Source of the DNA: Eutreptiella sp. 'Long Island Sound 2002'
Lineage: Eukaryota > Protista > Euglenida
NCBI GenBank assembly: GCA_964036045.1
Contig: OZ038379.1
Span: 77,748,001 to 77,812,000, forward strand
DNA length: 64,000 nt
Direction of reading: 5' to 3'
Program-made: the position numbers and the translations under genes
The notes under the pieces: generated by a model
Database searches by the model: none
The model's input: only the letters and a program-made list of their open reading frames with translations
Told to the model about the DNA's origin: nothing
Shown here: piece after piece, positions 50,701 to 64,000 of the stretch
How the letters are laid out: every line of letters starts with the position of its first letter
Position numbering within the stretch: position 1 is the stretch's first letter

Positions 50701-53700
50701 GAAGCACGATGCCAAGAGCATGAACTAGACCGAACAGCAACTTTGGGAATCTTGAATACACTCACTAAATATTGTATTGTATTACTCTCACCGGGCATGT
50801 ACTGATCACCACTTTGGAAATCTTGAATACACTCACTAAATGTTGTATTGCATTACTCTCACCGGGCATGTACCGATCACCATACCATTACTTCCGATGT
50901 AGACGCATTAGGTGCAATGACAGGATGTGGCAGTGCTTGTCCAAAACTAACCTTTCCCATTCGGATAATGTCCACAATGTGCATGGTCGTAATGAGTCCC
51001 AAGGGGGCCAATTGTCGTTTGATAGTTTATAGTGAGGTACTACATCAGTATAAAATAGCAGGATGGTGTGTCAGGTATCGATTGACAACATGCCACACTT
51101 CTTGTTGGATGAACAAACGTATTGTCTGGATGTAGAAATGCATATCTCCAAGCCGTTTCCTTTTTTATGCCCCTGACCATGCGACCAAGTCCCACCACTC
51201 TAGCCTCCTTCCTTTTCAAATACTTCCAAATTTCGTCATAGCGTGTCCTGCACAATCCAAGGGTCATCTTCAAACTTGTGATAGTTACATCTAATAGACA
51301 TATGGGGCATCCATGACTAGTCACAATGCAATCTAGTGGCACAAGAAAAAGAAGCATTCGACGGCATACCTGTCCACGTGTTTTCTCGACACTTGGCCAG
51401 AGCGTTGCATATCTCGTTGTTTGTGCCTGTCACCAGGTAGAACAGAGGTTTCCACAATTTCCATACTCCTTCCTGCATGGCACATCAAAACCGTTACAAG
51501 TTTTTGTCTCCGTTGCAATGAGCTATGCACCAAAGTGCATAATCAACCGACCCAATTTTGCTTGTTTTGAGCAGCCCGCCTTTTTGACAGCCATGAACAC
51601 GAGGTCCTTTAGGCCAACGCACGCGCAAGCTTCAATCTCGGATTCTATTATGTACAAATGTCATATACCAACAATAGGGTTGGAGACAAAGACATCACCT
51701 ATGAGTACCATTATTCTCGAATTACGCATCGAAGCGATCTTTGGGACGCTCGGACACAAATTTAATCCATAGACACATGCAAAAGGGCACCAAGCAGACC
51801 CAAGTTGTATGTCAATGCATAAATCGACATTGGGGAACATTTCAAATGGAAGCACGATGCCAAGAGCATGAACTAGACCGAACAGCAACTTTGGGAATCT
51901 TGAATACACTCACTAAATATTGTATTGTATTACTCTCACCGGGCATGTACTGATCACCACTTTGGAAATCTTGAATACACTCACTAAATGTTGTATTGCA
52001 TTACTCTCACCGGGCATGTACCGATCACCATACCATTACTTCCGATGTAGACGCATTAGGTGCAATGACAGGATGTGGCAGTGCTTGTCCAAAACTAACC
52101 TTTCCCATTCGGATAATGTCCACAATGTGCATGGTCGTAATGAGTCCCAAGGGGGCCAATTGTCGTTTGATAGTTTATAGTGAGGTACTACATCAGTATA
52201 AAATGGCAGGATGTTGTGTCAGGTATCGATTGACAACATGCCACACTTCTTGTTGGATGAACAAACGTATTGTCTGGATGTAGAAATGCATATCTCCAAG
52301 CCGTTTCCTTTTTTATGCCCCTGACCATGCGACCAAGTCCCACCACTCTAGCCTCCTTCCTTTTCAAATACTTCCAAATTTCGTCATAGTGTGTCCTGCA
52401 CAATCCAAGGGTCATCTTCAAACTTGTGATAGTTACATCTAATAGACATATGGGCCATCCATGACCAGTCACAATGCAATGTAGTGGCACAAGAAAAAGC
52501 AGCATTCGACGGCATACCTGTCCACGTGTTTTCTCGACACTTGGCCAGAGCGTTGCATATCTCGTTGTTTGTGCCTGTCACCAGGTAGAACAGAGGTTTC
52601 CACAATTTCCATACTACTTCCTGCATGGCACATCAAAACCGTCACAAATCTTTGTCTCCATTGCAATGAGCTATGCACCAAAGTGCATAATCAACCGACC
52701 CAATTTTGCTTGTTTTGAGCAGCCCGCCTTTTTGACAGCCATGAACACGAGGTCCTTTAGGCCAACGCACGCGCAAGCTTCAATCTCGGATTCTATTATG
52801 TACAAATGTCATATACCAACAGTAGGGTTGGAGACAAAGACATCACCTATGACTACCATTATTCTCGAATTACGCATCGAAGCGATCTTTGGGACGCTCG
52901 GACACAAATTTAATCCATAGACACATGAAAAGGGCACCAAGCAGACCCAAGTTGTATGTCAATGCATAAATCGACATTGGGGAACATTTCAAATGGAAGC
53001 ACGGTGCCAAGAGCATGAACTAGACCGAACAGCAACTTTGGGAATCTTGAATACACTCACTAAATATTGTATTGTATTACTCTCACCGGGCATGTACTGA
53101 TCACCATACCATTACTTCCGATGTAGACGCATTAGGTGCAATGACAGGATGTGGCAGTGCTTGTCCAAAACTAACCTTTCCCATTCGGATAATGTCCACA
53201 ATGTGCATGGTCGTAATGAGTCCCAAGGGGGCCAATTGTCGTTTGATAGTTTATAGTGAGGTACTACATCAGTATAAAATAGCAGGATGGTGTGTCAGGT
53301 ATCGATTGACAACATGCCACACTTCTTGTTGGATGAACAAACGTATTGTCTGGATGTAGAAATGCATATATCCAAGCCGTTTCCTTTTTTATGCCCCTGA
53401 CCATGCGACCAAGTCCCACCACTCTAGCCTCCTTCCTTTTCAAATACTTCCAAATTTCGTCATAGCGTGTCCTGCACAATCCAAGGGTCATCTTCAAACT
53501 TGTGATAGTTACATCTAATAGACATATGGGCCATCCATGACCAGTCACAATGCAATGTAGTGGCACAAGAAAAAGCAGCATTCGACGGCATACCTGTCCG
53601 CGTGTTTTCTCGACACTTGGCCAGAGCGTTGCATATCTCGTTGTTTGTGCCTATCACCAGGTAGAACAGAGGTTTCCACAATTTCCATACTCCTTCCTGC

Positions 53701-56700
53701 ATGGCACATCAAAACCGTTACAAGTCTTTGTCTCCATTGCAATGAGCTATGCACCAAAGTGCATAATCAACCCATCCTTCGGTTTTTTTGAGCAGCCCCG
53801 CCTTTTTGACAGCCACGAACACGACCTCCTTTAGGCCAACGTACGTGCCAGCTTCAATCTCGGAGTCTATTATGTACAAACGTCATATACCAACAATAGG
53901 CTTGAAGACAAAGACATCACCTATGCGTCCCATTATTCTCGAATTACGCATCGAAGCGATCTTTGGGACGCTCGGACACAAATTTAATCCATAGACACAT
54001 GCAAAAGGGCACCAAGCAGACCCAAGTTGTATGTCAATGCATAAGTCGACATTGGGGAACATTTCAAATGGAAGCACGGCGCCAAGAGCATGAACTAGAC
54101 CGAACAGCAACTTTGGAAATCTTGAATACACTCACTAAATGTTGTATTGTATTACTCTCACCGGGCATGTACTGATCACCACTTTGCAAATCTTGAATAC
54201 ACTCACTAAATGTTGTATTGCAATACTCTCACCGGGCATGTACCGATCACCATACCATTTCTTCCGATGTAGACACATTAGGTGCAACGACAGGATGTGG
54301 CAGTGATTGTCCACAACTAACCTTTCCCATTCTGATGATGTCCACAATGTGCATGGTCGTAATGAGTCCCAAGGGGGCCAGCTGTCGTTTCATAGTTTAT
54401 AGTGAGGTACTACATCAGTATAAAATAGCAGGCAGGATGGTGTGTCAGGTATCGATTGACAACATGCCACACTTCTTGTTGGATGAACAAACGTATTGTC
54501 TGGATGTACAAATGCATATCTCCAACCCGTTTCCTTTTTTATGCCCCTAACCAAGCGACCAAGACCCATCACTCTAGCCTCCTTCCTTTTCAAATACTTC
54601 CAAATTTCGTCATAGTGTGTCCTGCACAATCCAAGGGTCATCTTCAAACTTGTGATAGGTACATCTAATAGACATATGGGCCATCCATGACCAGTCACAA
54701 TGCAATGTAGTGGCACAAGAAAAAGCAGCATTCAACGGCATACGTGCACACGTGTTTTCTCGACACTTGGCCAGAACCTTGGAGATCTCGTTGTTTGTGC
54801 CTGTCACCAGGTAGAACAGAGGTTTCCACAATTTCCATACTCCTTCCTGCATGGCACATCAAAACCGTTACAAGTTTTTGTCTCCGTTGCAATGAGCTAT
54901 GCACCAAAGTGCATAATAAACCCACCCAATTTTGCTTGTTTTGAGCAGCCCGCCTTTTTGACAGCCATGAACACGAGGTCCTTTAGGCCAACGCACGCGC
55001 AAGCTTCAATCTCGGATTCTATTATGTACAAATGTCATATACCAACAATAGGGTTGGAGACAAAGACATCACCTATGAGTACCATTATTCTCGAATTACG
55101 CATCGAAGCGATCTTTGGGACGCTCGGACACAAATTTAATCCACAGACACATGCAAAAGGGCACCAAGCAGACCCAAGTTGTATGTCAATGCATAAATCG
55201 ACATTGGGGAACATTTCAAATGGAAGCACGGTGCCAAGAGCATGAACTAGACCGAACAGCAACTTTGGGAATCTTGAATACACTCACTAAATGTTGTATT
55301 GTATTACTCTCACCGGGCATGTACTGATCACCACTTTGGAAATCTTGAATACACTCACTAAATGTTGTATTGCATTACTCTCACCGGGCATGTACCGATC
55401 ACCATACCATTACTTCCGATGTAGACGCATTAGGTGCAATGACAGGATGTGGCAGTGCTTGTCCAAAACTAACCTTTCCCATTCGGATAATGTCCACAAT
55501 GTGCATGGTCGTAATGAGTCCCAAGGGGGCCAATTGTCGTTTGATAGTTTATAGTGAGGTACTACATCAGTATAAAATAGCAGGATGTTGTGTCAGGTAT
55601 CGATTGACAACATGCCACACTTCTTGTTGGATGAACAAACGTATTGTCTGGATGTAGAAATGCATATCTCCAAGCCGTTTCCTTTTTTATGCCCCTGACC
55701 ATGCGACCAAGTCCCACCACTCTAGCCTCCTTCCTTTTCAAATACTTCCAAATTTCGTCATAGCGTGTCCTGCACAATCCAAGGGTCATCTTCAAACTTG
55801 TGATAGTTACATCTAATAGACATATGGGCCATCCATGATTAGTCACAATGCAATGTAGTGGCACAAGAAAAAGAAGCATTCGACGGCATACCTGTCCACG
55901 TGTTTTCTCGACACTTGGCTAGAGCGTTGCATATCTCGTTGTTTGTGCCTGTCACCAGGTAGAACAGAGCTTTCCACAATTTCCATACTCCTTCCTGCAT
56001 GGCACATCAAAACCGTTACAAGTCTTTGTCTCCATTGCAATGAGCTATGCACCAAAGTGCATAATCAACCGACCCAATTTTGCTTGTTTTGAGCAGCCCG
56101 CCTTTTTGACAGCCATGAACACGAGGTCCTTTAGGCCAACGCACGCGCAAGCTTCAATCTCGGATTCTATTATGTACAAATGTCATATACCAACAATAGG
56201 GTTGGAGACAAAGACATCACCTATGACTACCATTATTCTCGAATTACGCATCGAAGCGATCTTTGGGACGCTCGGACACAAATTTAATCCATAGACACAT
56301 GCAAAAGGGCACCAAGCAGACCCAAGTTGTATGTCAATGCATAAATCGACATTGGGGAACATTTCAAATGGAAGCACGATGCCAAGAGCATGAACTAGAC
56401 CGAACAGCAACTTTGGGAATCTTGAATACACTCACTAAATATTGTATTGTATTACTCTCACCGGGCATGTACTGATCACCACTTTGGAAATCTTGAATAC
56501 ACTCACTAAATGTTGTATTGCATTACTCTCACCGGGCATGTACCGATCACCATACCATTACTTCCGATGTAGACGCACTAGGTGCAATGACAGGATGTGG
56601 CAGTGCTTGTCCAAAACTAACCTTTCCCATTCGGATAATGTCCACAATGTGCATGGTCGTAATGAGTCCCAAGGGGGCCAATTGTCGTTTGATAGTTTAT

Positions 56701-59700
56701 AGTGAGGTACTACATCAGTATAAAATAGCAGGATGTTGTGTCAGGTATCGATTGACAACATGCCACACTTCTTGTTGGATGAACAAACGTATTGTCTGGA
56801 TGTAGAAATGCATATCTCCAAGCCGTTTCCTTTTTTATGCCCCTGACCAAGCGACCAAGTCCCACCACTCTAGCCTCCTTCCTTTTCAAATACTTCCAAA
56901 TTTCGTCATAGTGTGTCCTGCACAATCCAAGGGTCATCTTCAAACTTGTGATAGTTACATCTAATAGACATATGGGCCATCCATGACCAGTCACAATGCA
57001 ATGTAGTGGCACAAGAAAAAGCAGCATTCGACGGCATACCTGTCCACGTGTTTTCTCGACACTTGGCCAGAGCGTTGGAGATCTCGTTGTTTGTGCCTGT
57101 CACCAGGTAGAACAGAGGTTTCCACAATTTCCATACTCCTTCCTGCATGGCACATCAAAACCGTTACAAGTTTTTGTCTCCGTTGCAATGAGCTATGCAC
57201 CAAAGTGCATAATAAACCCACCCAATTTTGCTTGTTTTGAGCAGCCCGCCTTTTTGACAGCCATGAACACGAGGTCCTTTAGGCCAACGCACGCGCAAGC
57301 TTCAATCTCGGATTCTATTATGTACAAATGTCATATACCAACAGTAGGGTTGGAGACAAAGACATCACCTATGACTACCATTATTCTCGAATTACGCATC
57401 GAAGCGATCTTTGGGACGCTCGGACACAAATTTAATCCATAGACACATGCAAAAGGGCACCAAGCAGACCCAAGTTGTATGTCAATGCATAAATCGACAT
57501 TGGGGAACATTTCAAATGGAAGCACGGTGCCAAGAGCATGAACTAGACTGAATAGCAACTTTGGGAATCTTGAATACACTCACTAAATATTGTATTGTAT
57601 TACTCTCACCGGGCATGTACCGATCACCATACCATTACTTCCGATGTAGACGCATTAGGTGCAATGACAGGATGTGGCAGTGCTTGTCCAAAACTAACCT
57701 TTCCCATTCGGATAATGTCCACAATGTGCATGGTCGTAATGAGTCCCAAGGGGGCCAATTGTCGTTTGATAGTTTATAGTGAGGTACTACATCAGTATAA
57801 AATAGCAGGATGTTGTGTCAGGTATCGATTGACAACATGCCACACTTCTTGTTGGATGAACAAACGTATTGTCTGGATGTAGAAATGCGTATCTCCAAGC
57901 CGTTTCCTTTTTTATGCCCCTGACCATGCGACCAAGTCCCACCACTCTAGCCTCCTTCCTTTTCAAATACTTCCGAATTTCGTCATAGCGTGTCCTGCAC
58001 AATCCAAGGGTCATCTTCAAACTTGTGATAGTTACATCTAATAGACATATGGGCCATCCATGACCAGTCACAATGCAATGTAGTGGCACAAGAAAAAGCA
58101 GCATTCGACGGCATACCTGTCCACGTGTTTTCTCGACACTTGGCCAGAGCGTTGCATATCTCGTTGTTTGTGCCTGTCACCAGGTAGAACAGATATTTCC
58201 ACAATTTCCATACTCCTTCCTGCATGGCACATCAAAACCGTTACAAGTCTTTGTCTCCATTGCAATGAGCTATGCACCAAAGTGCATAATCAACCCATCC
58301 TTCGGTTTTTTTGAGCAGCCCCGCGTTTTTGACAGCCACGAACACGACCTCCTTTAGGCCAACGTACGTGCCAACTTCAATCTCGGAGTCTATTATGTAC
58401 AAACGTCATATGCCAACAATAGGCTTGAAGACAAAGACATCACCTATGAGTCCCATTATTCTCGAATTACGCATCGAAGCGATCTTTGGGACGCTCGGAC
58501 ACAAATTTAATCCATAGACACATGCAAAAGGGCACCAAGCAGACCCAAGTTGTATGTCAATGCATAAGTCGACATTGGGGAACATTTCAAATGGAAGCAC
58601 GGCGCCAAGAGCATGAACTAGACCGAACAGCAACTTTGGAAATCTTGAATACACTCACTAAATGTTGTATTGTATTACTCTCACCGGGCATGTACTCATT
58701 ACCACTTTGCAAATCTTGAATACACTCACTAAATGTTGTATTGCAATACTCTCACCGGGCATGTACCGATCACCATACCATTTCTTCCGATGTAGACACA
58801 TTAGGTGCAACGACAGGATGTGGCAGTGATTGTCCAAAACTAACCTTTCCCATTCGAATAATGTCCACAATGTGCATGGTCGTAATGAGTCCCAAGGGGG
58901 CCAACTGTCGTTTCATAGTTTATAGTGAGGTACTACATCATTATAAAATAGCAAGCAGGATGGTGTGTCAGGTATCGATTGACAACATGCCACACTTCTT
59001 GTTGGATGAACAAACGTATTGTCTGGATGTACAAATGCATATCTCCAACCCGTTTCCTTTTTTATGCCCCTGACCAAGCGACCAAGTCCCATCACTCTAG
59101 CCTCCTTCCTTTTCAAATCGTTCCAAATTTCGTCATAGTGTGTCCTGCACAATCCAAGGGTCATCTTCAAACTTGTGATAGGTACATCTAATAGACATAT
59201 GGGCCATCCATGACCAGTCACAATGCAATGTAGTGGCACAAGAAAAAGCAGCATTCAACGGCATACGTGCACACGTGTTTTCTCGACACTTGGCCAGAAC
59301 CTTGGAGATCTCGTTGTTTGTGCCTGTCACCAGGTAGAACAGAGGTTTCCACAATTTCCATACTACTTCCTGCATGGCACATCAAAACCGTCACAAATCT
59401 TTGTCTCCATTGCAATGAGCTATGCACCAAAGTGCATAATCAACCCACCCAATTTTGCTTGTTTTGAGCAGCCCCGCCTTTTTGACAGCCATGAACACGA
59501 GGTCCTTTAGGCCAACGCACGCGCAAGCTTCAATCTGGGATTCTATTATGTACAAATGTCATATACCAACAATAGGGTTGGAGACAAAGACATCACCTAT
59601 GAGTACCATTATTCTCGAATCACACTTGAAGCGATCTTTGGGACGCTCAGACACAAATTCAATCCATAGACACATGCAAAAGGGCACCAAGCAGACCCAA

Positions 59701-62290
59701 GGTGTATGTCAATGCATAACTCAACATTTGGGGAACATTTCAAATGGAAGCACGGCACCAAGAGCATGAACTAGACCGAACAGCAACTTTGGAAATCTTG
59801 AATACACTCACTAAATGTTGTATTGCATCACTCTCACCGGGCATGTACTGATCACCATACCATTACTTCCCATGTAGACACATTAGGTGCAATGACAGGA
59901 TGTGGTAGTGCTTGTCCAAAACTTTCCCATTCAGATAATGTCCAGAATGCGCATCGTCGTAATGAGTCCCAAGGGGGCCAACTGTCGTTTGATAGTTTAT
60001 AGTGAGGTACTACATCATTATAAAATAGCAAGATGGTGTGTCACGTACCCATTGACAACATGCCACACTTCTTGCTTGTTGGATGAACAAACGTATTGTC
60101 CCGATGTAGAATTGCATATCTCCAAGCCGTTTCCTTTTTTATGCCCCTGACCAAGCGACCAAGCCCCACCACTCTAGCCTCCTTCCTTTTCAAATAGTTC
60201 CAAATTTCGTCATGGCCTGTCTTGCACAATCCAAGGGTCATCTTCAAACTTGTGATAGTTACATCTAACAGACACATGGGCCATCCATGACCAGTCACAA
60301 TGCAATGTAGTGGCACAAGAAAAAGCAGCATTCAACGGCATACCTGTCCACGTGTTTTCTCGACACTTGGCCAGAGCGTTGGAGATCTCGTTGTTTGTGC
60401 CTGTCACCAGTTAGAACAGAGGTTTGCACAATTTCCATACTCCTTCTTGCATGGCACATCAAAACCGTTACAAGTCTTTGTCTCCATTGCAATGAGCTAT
60501 GCACCAAAGTGCATAATCAACCCATCCTTCGGTTTTTTGAGCAGCCCCGCCTTTTTGACAGCCACGAACACGAGCTCCTTTAGGCCAACGCACGTGCAAG
60601 CTTCAATCTCGGAGTCTATTATGTGCAAATGTCATATACCAATAATAGGGTTGGAGACAAAGACATCACCTATGAGTACCATTATTCTCGAATTACGCAT
60701 CGAAGCGATCTTTGGGACGCTCGGACACAAATTTAATACATAGACACATGCAAAGAGGCACCAAGCAGACCCAAGGTGTATGTCAATGCGTAAGTTGACA
60801 ACGGGGAACATTTCAAATGGAAGCACGGCGCCAAGAGCATGAAATAGACCGAACAGCAACTTTGGAAATCTTGAATACACTCACTAAATGTTGTATTGTA
60901 TTACTCTCACCGGGCATGTACTTATCACCATACCATTTCTTCCGATGTAGACACATTAGGTGCAATGACAGGATGTGGCAGTGCTTGTCCAAAACTAACC
61001 TTTCCCATTCGGATAATGTCCACAATGTGCATCGTCGTAATGAGTCTCAAGGGGGCCAACTGTCGTTTGATAGTTTATGGTGAGGTACTACATCAGTAAA
61101 AAAGAGCACGATAGTGTGTGTCAGGTATCCATTGACAACATGCCACACTTCTTGTTGGATGAACAAACGTATTGTCTGGATGTAGAAATGCATATCTCCA
61201 AGCCGTTTCCTTTTTTATGCCCCTGACCAAGCGACCAAGTCCCACCACTCTAGCCTCCTTCCTTTTCAAATACTTCCAAATTTCGTCATAGCGTGTCGTG
61301 CACACAATCCAAGGGTCATCTTCAAACTTGTGATAGTTACACCTAATAGACATATGAGCCATCCATGACCAGTCACAATGCAATGTAGTGGCACAAGAAA
61401 AAGCAGCATTCAACGGCATGCTTGCACACGTGTTTTCTCGACACTTGGCCAGAGCGTTGGAGATCTCGTTGTTTGTGCCTGTCACCAGGTAGAACAGAGG
61501 TTTCCACAATTTCCATACTCCTTCCTACATGGCACATCAAAACCGTTACAAGTGTTTGTCGCCATTGCAATGAGCTATGCACCAAAGTGCATAATAAACC
61601 CACCCAATTTTGCTTGTTTCGAGCAGCCCCGCCTATTTGACAGCCACCAACACGAGCTCCTTTAGGCCAACGCACGCGCAAGCTTCAATGTCAGATTCTA
61701 TTATGTACAAATGTCATATACCAACAATAGGGTTGAAGACAAAGACATCACCTATGACTACCATTATTCTCGAATTATGCATCGAAGCGATCTTTGGGAC
61801 GCTCGGACACAAATTTAATCCATAGACACATGCAAAAGGGCACCAAGCAGACCCAAGGTGTATGTCAATGCATAAGTCGACACAGGGGAACATTTCAAAT
61901 GGAAGCACGGTGCCAAGAGCATGAACTAGACCGAACAGCAACTTTGTAAACGTTGAATACAATCAGTAAATGTTGTATTGCATTACTCTCACCGGGCATG
62001 TACTGATCACCATACCATGTCTTCCGATGTAGACACATTAGGTGCAACGACAGGATGTGGCAGTGCTTGTCCAAAAAACTTTCCCATTCGGATAATGTCG
62101 ACGATGTGCATCGTCGCAAGCGACCAAGTCCCACCACTCTAGCGTCCTTCCTTTTCAAATAGTTCCAAATTTCGTCATGGCGTGTCCTGCACAATCCAAG
62201 CATCATCTTCAAACTTGTGATGGTTACATCTAACAGACGTATGGGCCATCCATGACCAAACACGATGCAATGCAGTGGCACAAGAAAAAG
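35760..62290. repeat. Macrosatellite: about 24 full monomers plus partial units, 1.07-1.15 kb each
   Basis: The same short ORFs recur at 1070-1150-bp spacing. For example, the MQEG-type minus ORF starts at 36371, 37443, 38520, 42365, 43510, 44660, 45808, 46884, 48032 and 49182. Long monomers carry a ~71-bp internal duplication. Confidence 0.97.
46074..46331 (-). other. ~258-bp inversion inside one satellite monomer
   Basis: ACATCCTGTCATTGCACC...TTTGTGTCCGAGC is the reverse complement of the normal GCTCGGACACAAA...GCAATGACAGGATGT segment. Confidence 0.93.
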
Positions 62291-62599
62291 CAGCATTCAA
62301 CACCATACCATTACACATATTCCTTTGGCTACCATCTGTACGTTTCTGGCCGGAGGCGCGTTTTTCTGGCCCACGGTGTTGCACGTAAGGTTTTGAAAAC
62401 GCGTAGAGCGCGCACAACGCGTACAACACGTACATACCAAGTAACACGCACAGAACGCGTAGCACGCCGAACACGTGCTTCCAGAGGCACGTGCAGAATT
62501 GGAATACCGGACCGCGCAGAACGCGCAAAACGCGCAGCACGTCGCTTTGCACACGGGCGCACATCGAGGAGGGGCCGCGTCCTCACAGTTGGGTATCCA

Positions 62600-63891
62600 G
62601 CCTACGCGGTTGTCCCCCAGGGTTCGCACTGGTCCCATGGGTAGGGATAGCAGAGGCTCCGCCTCCATGATCGTCTCGTTCAAGCCCCCCATTCCACCAC
62701 ACTACTCCTCATCCTCCTCATCCTCCTCATCCTCCTCGTCCTCCTCATCCTTCTCGTCCTCCTCGCCTTCCTCGTCCTCCTCGCCTTCCTCGTCCTCCTC
62801 GTCCTCCTCGTCCTCCATGTTTGCCATATAGGGATTGTATAATAGGCCCTTGCGGTCCCAAACCCCGTCCACCTGCATTGGTCGCACCATCCCCAATAGA
62901 ATTAGAAATGCATTGTACCTAGGTACTAGAGGTAGTAGGTCTGGCCTTCCGTGGTCCCGTAGGGCTTGGCATTGTAGATTCTCTATGGGGGCCATGATAT
63001 GGTCCCACACCTCGTCCTCAGTATAGCCGATGAGCCAGGATTCCCCGGGCCGGATACCGTACTGGATATCGGCCGCACAGTCCTCCCGTGGGTGCCTATG
63101 GTCTTACAGCGGTGGTTGAAATTTCGGTAGCATCACAAACAAAGATTGTTGAGAAATGAGACTCTGTAGAACACACAACACACCAGTGGCAGTTCCAGAG
63201 GCAACAGCAGAGGCAGCAAAAGCGGAACGTGCAGAACGCGCAGCACACGCAGAACGCGTAACACGACCTCCAGAGGCAGACAAAGAAGCAGACGCGTAGA
63301 GCGCGTATCACACGAAACACACACAGGACAGGGGGTGGGGCAATGGGGGCGGCAACACGAACAAGTCAATTGTTGCTTTCTTGAAACGGTGTCCGTGCAC
63401 CCTACATGGTCCACGCAGAGCAGCGGCCGCAGCCGCCACCATTCATCCGAACGTCGAAAAAGTATTCACAACACAATAAATACCGGCGTCGGTGCCCCAA
63501 TGGAAGCGCCGCCTACCGATGCCACCACTGTGGGGTTGGCTGTGAATGTGCTTGCTGGGCCAACGGCACTGGCCTGGAAAAGAAGAGGGGTTGTGAGGTT
63601 TGTCTGCCGCGGACCTCATCGGGGTCGGGCCATTCATCCCCCTCCTGTGCGTTTGAAAAAATGCTGCTTGGAATGCTGTAACTTAGGTCGGCCCGATTTA
63701 CTAAATCTGCACTATCTCGTCCTTCTCCTCCATCTCCTCTCCCGCCGCTGCGGCTTCCTCCGGGGGCTCCTCTCCCATTTCCGCATCGCTCTTCGGCGCC
63801 CCAGCGCTCTCTTCCTTGGCTGCCTCCGGCTCCTGCGGTGGATCCATTGGCGCGGTCGACTCCTCCTCCGGCTCCGTTTTGATTGGGTGCT
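62600..63891 (-). pseudogene. Eroded, probably multi-exon gene or TE remnant encoding acidic segments
   Basis: GTGTTCTGCAG acceptor then HPIKTEPEEESTAPMDPPQEPEAAKEE... (63701-63891). GTGTTCTACAG acceptor near 63167 then DCAADIQYGIRPGESWLIGYTEDEVWDHIMAP...NMEDEEDEE. In-frame stops are present. Confidence 0.4.
62704..62815. repeat. (TCC/TCA/TCG)n trinucleotide tract (poly-E/D on the minus strand)
   Basis: Direct reading. Confidence 0.95.
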
Positions 63892-64000
63892 GCAGAACAC
63901 GGAACACGCGTGAAACATGCAACCCACCTCTAGAGGCAATCCGAGAGGCACAAAAAAGGAAACGTGTGGAACGCGCAGAACGCGGAGAACACGGGGCTCG

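Noticed and set aside
35760-62290. Ulp1 protease or MULE transposase origin of the satellite (PHYKL..WDSL..VPQ; CNYH)
   Set aside because: The motifs fall in different frames with non-canonical spacing and are compatible with chance.

Overview
Repeat-saturated eukaryotic DNA with no intact host gene that I can recognise. It is not prokaryotic. The repeat style looks euglenid-like to me, but that is an unverified impression. Four blocks: (1) 1-18 kb: one (TA)n microsatellite locus split by successive insertions. These are two tail-to-tail copies of a non-LTR family ending in (GACTAT)n, one of which keeps a decayed RT-thumb, RNase H, CCHC finger and a long unknown C-terminal extension; a 6.4-kb RT-less element ending in (AAC)n; two copies of a 270-bp SINE-like element sharing that element's 3' stem-loop and tail; and a 1.2-kb MITE-like insert. 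(2) 18.9-27.2 kb: a decayed PIF/Harbinger/IS5-type DDE transposase with a C-terminal Cys/His finger. It is split by a 6.5-kb nest of Helitron2-like non-autonomous elements with asymmetric inverted repeats, GNA-triloop hairpins, internal ~180-bp repeats and a head-to-tail trimer. (3) 27.3-35.7 kb: a minisatellite and eroded, unassignable coding fragments. (4) 35.8-62.3 kb: about 24 copies of a 1.07-1.15-kb macrosatellite with higher-order structure and one internal inversion, running into an eroded acidic gene remnant. All calls come from manual reading; no searches or alignments were run.
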